Notes under the pieces: model-generated
What the model was told of the DNA's origin: nothing
What the model saw: only the letters and a program-made list of their open reading frames with translations
The model's database searches: none
Shown here: positions 13,611 through 26,388 of the stretch, in pieces
How positions within the stretch are numbered: position 1 is the first letter of the stretch
Layout of the letters: the number at the start of each line of letters is the position of its first letter
Assembly (NCBI GenBank): GCA_047495785.1
Contig: JBLDXI010000013.1
Location: 2,790,001 to 2,854,000, forward strand
Length of the DNA: 64,000 nt
Direction of reading: 5' to 3'
DNA from: Lepidodermella squamata
Taxonomy: Eukaryota > Animalia > Gastrotricha
Position numbers and translations under genes: made by a program

Positions 13611-14841
13611 CCCTTTTGCGCCTAACTTAATTATTGCTATCTGAGCCGCGTTTTGCCGTTCGACTCGCGCAGAAGTACGTATTACTCAGGTGTTGATTGG
13701 CCCATCGCTCGCACACGCTCGGAGCTAATAATCTTAAACGTGCCAACAATCGCTTTATTATCCTTCGCGCCTTAAACACGCCGAAGCTAAGATGTCCACG
13801 TCGTAAACGAGACATCTAGTTCGAAAAATACAAATACAAACGCCGGAAACCTAAACAAAAGAATGTAATAAAAAATTGATAATTTTTGTAACCTGTAAGG
13901 CTACGACCTGGTATACATAAAACAAATCGATACTACCTAAGATTTCTTAATTATAGCCACTGCTTATTTTCCTAAGGCATAGGGTATCAATGTTGATTTA
14001 CTCTCGTGTCTTTTATCGCCTGTGGCCTAAATAAGTAATATGTACCCTATAGGTATCAAGAGGTGGCAAAATCATTTGGCATAAAATTTCATGCTGAACC
14101 ATGAAAAATGGATCAAAATAGCGACTAACTTCGCAGACCTTTACTCATAAAAGTTAGAAAGTTGTTAAATAGAAAAATGCTTAAACAAGTTGATAAACAA
14201 ATATTGTGCTACACACGAGTTATTTTCAACGGCCATATTTATTTCAACTCCAGCTGTAACGGGAAGCAGGTAATTGAAAAATTGAAGTACACAACTAATT
14301 AATTTTACAGGTGCGAATAAAATTATTAAAAATAATTTGATAAGGGCAGTCCCAATTCGACCAGATAGTTATGCTCGGTGCTATACGGTGTCACTCTGCT
14401 GCGTAGACAGCGTCGGTTTATTTATATATTCTTGACCTTGAATTTCTTGATTTTTCAGCGAGACGCCGCTGTGTCTGCCGCTTGGCTCAGTGCGTATATT
14501 AATGATGCGCCAATTGATGATTCACGCATTTTAACATCAACTCATTTCCAGCCGCCAGGGTCAACAATGCGCATATAAGATTTAGCAGATAAAGGAATAT
14601 ATGAGTATAACAGAGAAAATGACAAAAAATCTATCCCAAAATAGGATTAATTTCCCGCACATCGACGAAGGGGTTTAAACGAGGCAAAAAGTGGTTACTT
14701 CAAGTGGACACGCTCTGCTGCGCGCGTTACTGCGTGTTAAAAAATAGCCATGAAAACCAATCCCGACGAAGAGGAGTACGAAGAGCAGTAAAATTAAAAA
14801 TCTAAGGGGAAAATATATATTTTAATAATTAGCTTGGTCAA

Positions 14842-17800
14842 ATGGGTGACCTGCGCTCGATGGGTATTATTCTGGTTCTAATCGCAGCCATTACAGTTCC
14901 GGCTGCGGTCAATTCGCAAACTCGAGCGCCTCGAGGTAAGAAGTTTTTTTATTGTACCTAAAACAAACAGCATTTGTAAGCAATTAACTAATTGTCTAAA
15001 AAAAAGTTATTTAATGATAACGCTGGTTTTCACAAAAGCAGGATTATAACTTGATTAACGCTAAAATAATAGAAAATCTTCACCCCAGCTCAACGTTGAG
15101 AAGAGCAGGCGCATTTCTGTGTCTCGGTTATAGAAAGTTTCGCGTCTTCCGACTTGAAGGTCGCCGCTATAGGTACCTACTTATCGTTTAGAAGTGACAG
15201 AGCGCGCGACGCAGAACGGGAAGCGATACGTGGGTATGTTCAAGTAGTAATTTTATATGGCTAGCGCGAGCGCGTTGCGAACAGTTAACCGGTTAACCTC
15301 GGTCTTTGTTTTGCTAAAACATTATTGTTATTTACTATTATTATAGCAAAATTCTCTGTCTGGTTTATTTTACTATTATTTTATTTTGACAATAGTTACT
15401 TACATCTACAGCGCGCAACTAGTTGCACAGCTTCATACCGAAAACGTGGAAACAAAATGTCTTTTGACGACACAAAACCGCGCACATATTTATTAGGGGC
15501 ATCGCTCAACTCGCGCAAGAGCTAATTCACGTTCCAACCAGGCAGGTAGAGGTATTAATTTCAAACTTCAGACTAGAGTGCTACTGCCTAGATAGGTAAT
15601 AGGTAGTAAGAATAGCCAAAAGGTGTACATGATGTGTTGTAGTGACCATCAGCGGCATCACGCGAGTAATGACAAGCCATAGCAGCAACTTAAGCAGCAG
15701 CGATGAATGTGAAAGACTTTTTTACGGCGATATACGAGCTCTTTTACTCGAGAGAAGAATAAAGCGTGTATGATTATGAATATATAATAATATTTTAATA
15801 AAAAACTGACAAGTGACCAGTGAAAATTTGATGACACGAAATTAATACTTTTAGCCGCCCGAGAGCACGAACCGGCTGCTCATAATCACAGCCCAGGTGT
15901 GAAGCCTTTCATCACCCACGTATAGGTCAAAACTGACTAACATGCGTACACGAAAGGTTAAATGTTAATTGGTATAATATAAAGTTACCCGGAAATATAT
16001 AAAAAAAAACAAAAAAAAGTTGAAAAAAGCATTAAGTCACTCCAAAATTGTGACTAAGAAAATTTAGGAGGATGAATTTCGGAATTTTCGGTACAGTCCG
16101 AAATATTGAGAAAAAATTGAACATGACTTGAAGAATTTTAAAACTAATGGAATATTAATATATTCAATTACTGTAGTAAATCCGCTTGACAACCTGGACA
16201 CAAACCCATGCGGTCCGATTCCACAGATTGCGAATGCGAAAATGATAGTTGGCTTGACCGCGCCTGTTCAGAACGAAGATGGTCGAGGAATGACGCCATT
16301 GAGGCGTCGAATTTCCTCAATCACGTACAAGTGCAATGAAGGCTTCATCATGAAGGGAAACGAGTCTATCACTTGCAACGAAGAATGGCTGCTATTCACT
16401 GATCTGCCGGTTTGCATCGGTTAGTGTCCGTACCAACTGGTTGCATTGTTAGGAAAAAAATTGAATTTATTTCAGCTAATAACACTTGCGGACCGGCTCC
16501 TGAAATCGATGATGGTGAAGTGGTTTGGCAAACTTTCCTCAACGCTAGTGGCTATGGAGATCAAGCTGGTTATGCCTGCTCGAAAGCTTTCCAGCTTAAT
16601 GGAAGCCCAACCATCACTTGCGGGTTAGACGGTACCTGGTCAGATCTGCCCAACTGCGGAAGTGAGCTTAATCAAAATCGGGCGTTAAATTTTTCAATTT
16701 TTTTTCCAAATTTCCAGCTCCTGTTACCTTCGGCTGCGGAGACCCCCCGGTTATTTCACAAAGTGTTGTTCTTGAGAAATCGTACACTGACGTCCGAAAG
16801 ACGAAAGTTAATGACTACATCGCCCTGGGCTGCGAAACTGGTTATATACTAGTTGGCGGCCCGTCCGTAATTCGATGCAACGGTACCCACTGGCGCAGAG
16901 ACGTTCTACCCAGATGCGAAGCTTGGGCAAGCAACGGCTGCGGACCAGCTCCTTGGGTCGAAAATGCCAAGGTGGTAAAGAAGTCGTTCGTCAACGATTC
17001 ATCCCTGAAGAATGATTTCGTCAGCTATGCCTGCGATCCTGGCTTTTACACCGTCGATGATATTGCCCTGATCTGCTCGGAATCTGGACGTTGGAGCAAG
17101 CTCCCAACTTGCCAAAGTTAGTGGCTGAAAAATGGGTTGTGTAAATTTTATTTCCGCTTTTCCTGCAGAAATTAAGACTTGCGACTACCCGCCTGCTATT
17201 CGACATGGTCGAGTTTACACCAAGGATAACTATACCTATCCGACGCCAGGGGTAAAGGCGACTTATATTTGCTACGGCAACTACAAAATGGTTGGGCAAG
17301 CTTCGGTCCAGTGCAAAGAAGACTACACCTGGACAGCCCCGCCAAAGTGTGAAGAGCAACCGAATACGTTCTGTCCACGTAAGATAAGATTTGATCTCGA
17401 AAATTTGATTTATCCGTGAACTTTGAAATGAACAGCCATTCAACCTGTTCAAAATGCCGTCATCGACCTGACGACTTATGGCTCAGGAGCTTCGGCCAAG
17501 CCTGGAGATTCAGTGATTTTCCGATGCATTGACAAGTACCGCATGATTGGCCCTAAAATCACGCGATGCCTCGTTTCACTCCGCTGGTCCGCTCGGCCGC
17601 TCTGCGTTCCTGATACACCCCCGCAAGCAAATCTCAGGCAGATGAATCTATCAGTTCCGATTGCACCACCATCAACACCCGCACCTCAAACGATATTTTG
17701 CGACGCTCCGCCACTCTTCCTCAACTCAATGCTCATCGGTCAATCATTTGGTATGGCATTGAATTTTTCAGTGAGTTTTTATTCAGCGTTATTTCTAGGC

Positions 17801-19501
17801 CCAAATGCTAGCCCAAAAGCTGGTGATATATTGGTCTATCAATGCGATGATGGCTACGAAAGGGCGAAAGGGTCGGCAACGTCTCTAATCTGCGTCCAAG
17901 GCTCATGGCTGGGAACAATCAGATGTGAACCAAGTAAGAAATAAAACTTTGCCAACAACTAATTATTCCAATAATTTGAATCTTCAGGAGCTGACTCGTG
18001 CATCTCACCACTCTCAGTTCCGAATGCGAAAGTCATCAAGCGCTCATTCAACGGGAATCGAGCTAATCCAGTATGTAAAAATTCTTGTATTGTTGACGAT
18101 TTTTCTTACTTGAAATTAAGGCGAGCACGGTTTCTTACATTTGCACCGATGATTTCACCCCGGCTAATACAAAAGGCGTTGACGACGAGAGCGTGATAAC
18201 TGCCCGGTGCGCAGGTGGCAGGTGGGTTAATTTACCAATTTGCGTGAGACCAGATGCCCAAAAAGGCTTGAGTAAGTCCTCCTAGATCAAAAGGGCCATT
18301 GCTTGATTCCACCTTTTATAAGATTGTGCCGGCGGAGCTCCTGAAGTCAAATTTGCCAAGGTTATTGGCCAGGCTTTCTCCAGCGGCAATGCCGATGGGC
18401 CATTCAATGGCAACGACTATCAATTTTACACCTGCATTGTCAATTACACCCTCGCAGCGAACCTCCTGACCACAAACTTCCAAATCGAGGACGATGAACG
18501 CATACCTCTTCCTATCTTCTCGATAAGCTGTAACGGCGGGGTTTGGGGAGAAGCGCCAGCTTGTGTTTTGAAGCCGCCAAGAGCTGTTACCTGCGGGCCA
18601 ATTCCAGCTTTGCCGAAAAATGTCGTTATTGTTACTGCCGAGGGCGTTGTTGGATCGCCGCCGAATCGCAAGCTATTCAGCAAGGTCGATGATTACCTGC
18701 AACTCGACTGCCAATCTGGTTTTGAGCTCAATGGAACCGACCGTGTGGTTTGCCAGCCCAGTGGTAACTGGAGCGAGGTATGAAACGATTTAAACAAATT
18801 CTTCCGAATTTCCCGATTTTTTCCAGCTCCCGAACTGTATTGCTATAACATGTGGCATGCTGCCCCCAACTCCGGCTGATGCAATGATTTTATTCCAATC
18901 GTTCGGGGTCAATAACATGTCGGCTGTTGGTGACATGGTTCTCTACAAATGCCACAGTGGCTATCGATTGGTCAATCAAACCGACAGGGTCACTTGCCAA
19001 GAGTGAGAATTTTCATTATCTTTATTACTGTCATTTTTACTCGATTTATAGTACTGGAAATTGGACAACACCGGCCCCGATGTGTGAAAGGGTTATCCCG
19101 ACAAGGAGTTCACCGTTACCAGCCGTCAACTGTGACCTGCCTGTTCCTACTCCGACTGATAGTACTATAATATACTCATCGTTCGGCGGTGCCGGCAGCG
19201 ATCCTTATGAACTGCCTAAAGTTGGCGATTTCGTCGTTTTCGGATGCCCGGATGGCTACAGCGTTGTCGGCAATACAACAATCACGTGCCAAGTCGGCGG
19301 TTTCTGGTCGAAAGGCCAACCTTGCATTGTCACTGCTGCGGGCGCATCGGGTGACTTCCGCGGTGGCGTTTTGCGTGGCGTGAGTATTGTTTTTTCTCTT
19401 ACAAATAAGAGTTGCGTGGGGTGGGAATTCTTGACGCATTTTATTTATTTATGTAAACAAGCGAGCATGAAATTCTAGGCTACGGCGTTCTCACTGACGT
19501 A
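14842..19501 (+). CDS. Secreted Sushi/CCP repeat protein, about 12 modules; 3' end uncertain
   Basis: Exon 14842-14935 encodes the signal peptide MGDLRSMGIILVLIAAITVPAAVNS, followed by a GTAAG donor. Small exon 15855-15896. CCP exons run from about 16177 to about 19380 with GT-AG introns. The last exon is ambiguous. Confidence 0.8.
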
Positions 19502-19769
19502 GAATTACTATTAAAAAATACAGTTCTAAGAATAGGATAAGCTATAAACAGGTGAGAATTAGGTGACAAAAATTGTCTACCTTGGCTTTATGATTGCGGG
19601 AATTGTTAACCCTGATTCAAAATGTTTGTACCTTTTTGATATAAATGATTGAGAAAGTTAATGCTGGCCCCAAAGGAGGTGATTAAGGTGTAAAAATTGC
19701 ATAAAAAGCATCATGTTGATTGAATAATAATTTGTTGGTTAATCGTCATCGTTCTAAATTTGCAAACAG

Positions 19770-20761
19770 TCGCGATGCCTGAAAGGTCTCACAGATACGC
19801 AGCATACGTCATGCATGGACGACTCTCGTGACCTGAAATCATTGAGGCGTAAGGCTACCAATTGAAAATCGCAAATTGCGAGAAAAAATTCCCATCCTTA
19901 GCTGTCAACGTTCTGGAAATTCTCGACCAGCACAACATGTACCGAATGAACGTTACCCCAGCTGCCAAGTCGATGAAAAACATGGTTGGATCTTCCTCTT
20001 TACATTCCTCAGTCCTTTGAAGAAAATTTTGATTTTGCAGAGTTGGGACGACGAATTAGCCCTCACAGCTGAGAGGTGAATTAAAAAATTACAGTTGAGT
20101 AATTAGCCTACTAATATTTGTATCCATAGATGGGCGGCACAATGTACTACGGCGTGAGTTTGAAATTATTGACGATAAGTTCGAATTAATTTCCGCATTT
20201 ACTTCAAGGAATGATGATGGTCGCAATCGAGCTATCCTGTGTTAGTTTTGCTTTACATTATTATTCTTCAATTTATTGCCGCTGTTTTATAACAGCAAAG
20301 GGATGGCGATGGGTTGGGCAAAACATTTTCGCGTCTGGTTACGAATTTTCAGGTTTATTGATTTTTCGCAATGTCCCAAAATAATTTATTCATGCGATTT
20401 AAAGTGACACAGGCCATTAATTCCTGGGCCGAGGAACGCCGTTTTTGGTCGTACGGCATTGGCGCGGCTAAGGCCGGCGAAATGATCGGCCATTACACGC
20501 AAATTATATGGGCCAATTCACTTTACGTCGGTTGCGGCATGGCCAAGTGCGACTCGACGCGAAGCCCACTGTCCAACATCATCGTGTGCAACTACGCTCC
20601 AGGGTAAGCTATAGAGAAAACAACAAATGCCAAGCCTTTTTATCATCATTTTTGTAAACAGCGGTAACACAGCTTTTGTTGGGCAAAATCCGTACGCTAC
20701 GCCTTACGAATTGGCCAATCCTGTACTTCGAGCTCCTACCCCTCCTCCAGCTGCCGGCTGA
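19770..20761 (+). CDS. CAP/SCP (antigen 5-like) domain protein, 5' end unresolved
   Basis: Spliced translation: HTSC...ILDQHNMYRMNVTPAAKSMKNM|SWDDELALTAER|WAAQC...GQNIF...INSWAEE...GHYTQIIWANSLYVGCG...IIVCNYAPGGN. Stop TGA at 20759-20761. Confidence 0.85.
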
Positions 20762-23008
20762 TCAAAATCCTACTTCAATTAGGTTCTATAATAACCTTTT
20801 AAATAAAGCGTCCGAACAAAAATATATTTTGATGATAACTGGAAGTAACAGCAATTAAATCTTTTTTAGGATAATTTTGGCGGTTTCTTTTGTTTTCATT
20901 TCTTGTAAACAGCAGCGGCGAATGAAAGGAAAAAAAATTTGTACGAATAGCCGTTCTGTGCCTTTTGTAAAAAAAACATGCTCACAAACACGAGAGCGTC
21001 CGACAGTTATTTGACGCAGCATTGACGCAGAAAACGCCGCCGGGTTCAACAGGTGCACATTTCCAAGCTGTAGCCGCTGAAACGAAAGATCTAAATCTCT
21101 TCCTTAGCCAAGTTTTTTCGCCCATATGTGGACTGTTTGATCGAGGGGAAAATTTTTGAATGTTGTTTACGCCAGTAGGCGAGATATACTCCCACGAAAG
21201 GACACGTCTTGTTTTCATTTTTCCTGGAGGTTATTTTTTCAAAGGTTACACGCTCTAAGTGCGCGTTCCCTGCATGACCTTTGGGCTAGCCGCAAGCCTA
21301 GAAAAGGTTAGTGTGTTTTTACGCTAAGATTAGATAATGAGCGCTGACCGCAGAATTTTTTTTTAGTAGCCACCAGCTGGACACGGCTATAAAAGAGTAG
21401 AGTCCGCATTTTCTAGCTCGTTCTAATGCCATTAGTCGTTGTGTGAATGCGGTCGCGCAAAAGGTGACCAGCACCAAAGAGACGCCATCGCGTACAAAAC
21501 CCGAATGAGCGTCGAAATAGAATCACAACACGGCGTTGTTAGCTGCGGAAAAAGGCGTATCTGTGCGCGCGCGGGCCGTATTTTAGGAGCGATAGCTGTG
21601 CGAGCGCGAGCGCGACAAAACTATGCGTGGCGTGGGGACGCCATGCGAACATTTCGCTTTATTACTATTAAGGCGACACATTTATAAATAGCTATAATAA
21701 AGTCTTGTTCTACTTGTTCGCCTGCCTATGCCTTGCGCGCACTATATATATTCATTCACTCTTCAGTTTTCAGCGACCGGTCATGTGAGCCAAATGTACC
21801 CGATGACTTTGCGCGCGAAGACTAAAAGTAGCAGCAGCGAAATATATGTGGACATTTTGGCCAGGGCCGCGCGTGTTTGTCTCTGATGGCTGGTCACAGC
21901 AATATTATCGTTATAATAATAGCAACAACGTGTGGCTTTTGACGCGATGCAAGACCTTTGTAGACACTCTGAACACACTTTTGGTAGTTCTACTAGTAGT
22001 CGACGACGGTCTGTATAACAATAATTATTATAAATAAGCTGCCTATATGTATACATTTTTAACGCGGGCTCAGACGACGTCTCGTAGCCCCTCGTTCGCC
22101 GCCGCCGCGCTTGGACACAATGTTCGGCGGCGCCATGTGTCCCGAGCGCCTCAACACGATCGCCGCATGTTTGTTGGCTACGGCGACATTGGCGGCGGCG
22201 ACATTGGCGGCGACTTCGTTCGAGCCAGAGTGCACATGCTCACGCGCGCGCGGACCTTTGAGGTCATCATGGCGCGATGTGCAGCGTGCAACCGCGGTCA
22301 AAAGTACGCGAGCTCGGAATCTTCGAAGACGCGCATACCCGCATTTCGCTGGATTTCTGCAAACCGGTTATGGTGCATGTCATATCGATAGTAGCGTCTC
22401 TGTATTTGCCATTCGAGCCTTTCGCACTGATCAGCAAAGCGGAAATAGTTGTCCGAAAAGAACTTTTATGAATGCATCTTACGAGTGCAATTTCTTGTCG
22501 CCTACTCACACGCGCACATGTTTTTTGAAGCGCGTTCGAAAGTACGAAAAAACAGAATGCACCGAGTTCGCACTGTTTTGCTATAAATTACCTGGCGTGG
22601 ACTCTTGAAAGCGTGGTCACTTCTTCTTCGTTACAGAAGAAAAAAATCAAATAACCTCATCCTCTTAATTCTGCTCTAAGCGTAAAAAATTCCCTCACTC
22701 TCACTCACTCCCTTTCCATTAAGATTTTTACAAAAAATTGATAGAGAAACTACTGAAGCGATCATCGTGCGTTTTGCCTTGTTTTTTTTTTGCTGACCTC
22801 GAACCTTGTACTTGGTCTGGCAGCAAGATCTTCTCTCGTTAAAAATTAATGCGCGTTTTTGTCGCCTCGTTACAATTTTTTTTCTCCGCCATCCTATGGT
22901 ATAAATTGACCTGAAAATCGCCGGGGTCATCGTCATTCCGCTCTTCTCTAATTTAATAGGCAATTTTATTTTGTCGAGAGAGGCAAAAGCCGATTTTTGT
23001 AATTAATC

Positions 23009-24200
23009 ATGAGTTGCATAAGCACTTTGCCATCGACCGTTGTTGCTGATCATCTAGTCGTTCCGCTTAAAGTGGCCACGTTCACAACAACGGCCGTTCA
23101 AGCGCCGGCTAACACCTCATCGGAGCCATTGGAAGGCGCCGGTCGAGCATCGAACAGTTCTGACGACGACGCGATAAGCAGTCTGAATGGTTCGGCTGCA
23201 TCATCTTCGTCAACGTCGCCGTTTAGCAAGAGCGACAAGAACGCGCGCCACTTCATCACGACAGCCAGCGCTGCCGAACTGGCGAATCGCGCCGAACAAC
23301 AGCAAATGACGCTTTACTGGACTTCTGGCTTCGGGTCGCCGCCCTGCATGAGGCTCATGATCGCCATGGCTGAGAAACAGCTTCTCGACAAAGCCGTAAA
23401 AATTCACATAAATCTTCTCGCAGCAGAAAATCGATAGCCCGATATCGAAAAACTCAACCCTCGCATGCAGGTAATTACATTCGAAATTTTAAAAATCTCA
23501 TTAATTAATTAATTAATTAATTTAGGTTCCAATTCTCAAAGTCGGTCACGTTGTCATCTGCGAATCCATGGCCAGTTGCTTATTCATCGAAGACGAGTTC
23601 AAAGATTCGGGAAACATGTTGCTACCCCACAACGCTATGTTGAAAGCCGCCGTTCTTCAACGGTGCATGGAGGCATTGAACTTGGAAACCAAGACTCGCG
23701 ACATTGTGCTACCGCTTCAAAACTGGCTCCCGCCAGAACTTCGCCAACCCGTCGATCCGGTTAGTAAATGTTCAACCCTCTAGTTATTACCGTTTTTTCG
23801 GTTTTTTCACCCCCAAACAATAGATGCGCATCAAGGTGGCGAAGGAAACGTTGGCGAATGAGCTCAACATGTGGGAACGTCATCTCCAAGAGGTATGATT
23901 TATTTATTAACTTGGGTTTTTTTTAATTTTTTTTAATCATTTTAGAACGTGACGAATGAATTTCTCGTTGGTACTAATTTTTCGATGGCCGATTGCGTGT
24001 TTTTCCCGTCGCTAGCGTGGTTGGTCAAGTACGGCCTCGATCTGAGCTGTCGCGGTTGGGAAAATCTGAAACGGTACTACGAAGCCCTGAAGGACCGGCC
24101 GTCAATCGTCGCCAGCTGGCCGCCGACCTGGTCGATGAAATCGCCGATTGGCGAGCTTCGCATGTTCGACGACATTATGCCGTCGCCTGTGTCACCTTAA
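23009..24200 (+). CDS. Glutathione S-transferase (rho-like) with Ser-rich N-terminal extension and an in-frame TAG at 23435-23437
   Basis: Exons 23009-23470, 23526-23759, 23824-23892, 23946-24200. Motifs LYWTSGFGSPPCMRLMIAMAEK, LNPRMQVP, ICESMA, FSMADCVFFP, RPSIVASWPP. Confidence 0.85.
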
Positions 24201-25165
24201 AAAATAACTTTTACCTTAAATATATAAAAACTCTATTGTTTGTCGACATTCGCGCAAGCACATGTGACGTATATAATTATTATTATATATAAAGAAATCA
24301 TCAACAGCCCGGGGATAAGATGCGTTATGAGGTAGATATGAGGATCGGTTGATGGATGGGTGACAATCGCCGGGTTGCTGATATTATTGTTTTTCGCCGT
24401 CTCGCCGTTTTTTGTGCCTGTTCTTCTCTCTTTCCGCACTCAACCATAAGAAAATGTAAATAGTTATATTATATCTGACATAAATTCAATACTTTGTCAC
24501 TCTCTTACAAGTGTATTCTAACTGCCTCGTTGAATTTGTTGTTATTTTTCTTTATCCTTCTTTACAAGAAATGAGAGGTGTACCTTCAGACGAGATGAAA
24601 TTTTGGAAAAAAATCTGATGCAAAGTTTTGCGGTTATATATACTTTTCTCAATCTCTCGACTGATGGCGAAGATGGTGGTATAGTATATACCTCTATCTA
24701 TAAAACAAGCTTACTACTGTTTGTTGAATTCTTGCTCTTTTCAAGATGATATGCGCCATTAAAAAGTTACTCAAGATTGGTTAAAAGTAGTCTTTACGTC
24801 GTTACTTTGTTTCGCGTTTTTTTTTGCGCTGAAAATTCAAGCAGTACCCGTTGCGTTTTGTCATCTTCTGATAAAAAAAAACTATTAAAGCAGTTGTAAA
24901 TATTTGAAAAATGTTTGCCACTGGACAAAACTATTTTACGGTGGCTCTAAATTTACACGCACAAAATTTTGTTATATATATTCGCGTTACAAGATGTTGT
25001 GTTATTCTATATGCGAATCTGTTTCTATAAAAGCTGTACTTCAAGTACAGTTCGCTCTTGAAACTTTAAAAGAAATCGTTCAATTTATTGAAAAATGTCG
25101 GCCCAATGAGCAAGAATAAAAGTGTTCTAAAGAATTTGTTCTAATTTATTGTTCAAATCAGTATT

Positions 25166-25830
25166 TCATCTCAGCAGCGTTAATAATATGACTAAAAAAA
25201 TTGCAGCGATGCCAAGCCGAGCTTTTGAAGCTCCGTTGCACATGTCGGTATTGCTGAAAAATGAGGAATAATTTAAATAATATTCGCTAATTTTCTTAAA
25301 TTTACTCACCAGCAATTGGTAGACATAATCTGCCCAACTCCCTACAAAATTTTAAAATATGGTTTTGATCATTTTCAAGTTTAGAAACTCCTTACTGGAA
25401 TCACATAGCCCGCGTCGAACATCTCACGTTTGCTTAAACAAGATTCGCTCGAGTCGCATCCTCTAATCGTGAATGAGTAGTACGCATTGGTATCCCAGAT
25501 GACGACATTGGCGCATTGATCTGAGGTCGCAGGACAAACCTCAGGGATTCCCTGGCTGTAGTCATTAACCGCTAAATACGCGTTCTAAAAATAGACGACC
25601 TAGTTCATCGTCGCGAATAATCGCAAAGAAGTTAACTTGCCGAATTGTTCGTGCAATACGGACTGTTCTCAGATTTCAATCCGCAGCCATTATAGCATTT
25701 TAGACCTAAGACAAAAAAGTAGACGTGCTTTGTCTTGTTGTAGTCTAGACAAACCGGATGTCTGGGCGATGTAAATACAGCTTAAAATGAAAATTGACAG
25801 CCAGACAGCCAGCTGCCCGTTTCGATTCAT
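25166..25830 (-). CDS. Ly6/uPAR (three-finger) GPI-anchored protein, 5 exons
   Basis: Exons 25830-25755, 25705-25641, 25584-25396, 25341-25310, 25253-25166. Signal peptide, then LKCYNGC...RGC...CCNTDMCN, then the hydrophobic tail LGIAAIFLVILLTLLR. AATAAA lies just downstream. Confidence 0.85.
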
Positions 25831-26388
25831 TGCCAACGACGATCTTGAAGCGAATAAACACCTGCTTTTTTGCTTGAAAGAAGCTAAATTGTAAGTATTT
25901 TGCGTAGGCCTTTGTGAGATCAAAGGCAAAACAATTGAAATGAAAGCACCTGCGTTTTACGCACATTATTTTAGAGACCCATCGGGAGCGTGTTCTCACT
26001 CTATGGGAAAATGGCAGCCGCCAACGCACAAGTGTATACCTTGAACACTTTTTTAAGCCGATTACTCACCGGCTCATTGGTCGAACTCTGCCAAGTAAAC
26101 ATAGTTATCCGCTGTAACACAATGCCTTAATCCATCGTTGCAAATTTTATTTCACATTTCCTAAACACAACCCTTTGATTTATGATTAATAATAATAGTC
26201 ACCAAATCAACATTGCACGGAGTCCAATCGTTGAAGCGAAAGCGCGGCTCTATAATCAAGGATACCGGTTTTGGAAACCTAATATTGTCCACATGGCAGC
26301 AAGCATTACATTCGAATTATTGGCAAACAGTTTAAAACTAGACTTTGAAATTTAAAATCAAAGTTTCACAAGCAGAAGCGTTTTTCAT

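Noticed and set aside
22047-22608. Overlapping GC-rich ORFs upstream of GST
   Set aside because: No recognisable domain or consistent exon structure; ORFs on both strands are explained by GC content. A small gene cannot be fully excluded.
23435-23437. Genome-wide TAG reassignment
   Set aside because: HSPA13, DUF229 copy 4 and the CaaX gene end at TAG at the expected positions.
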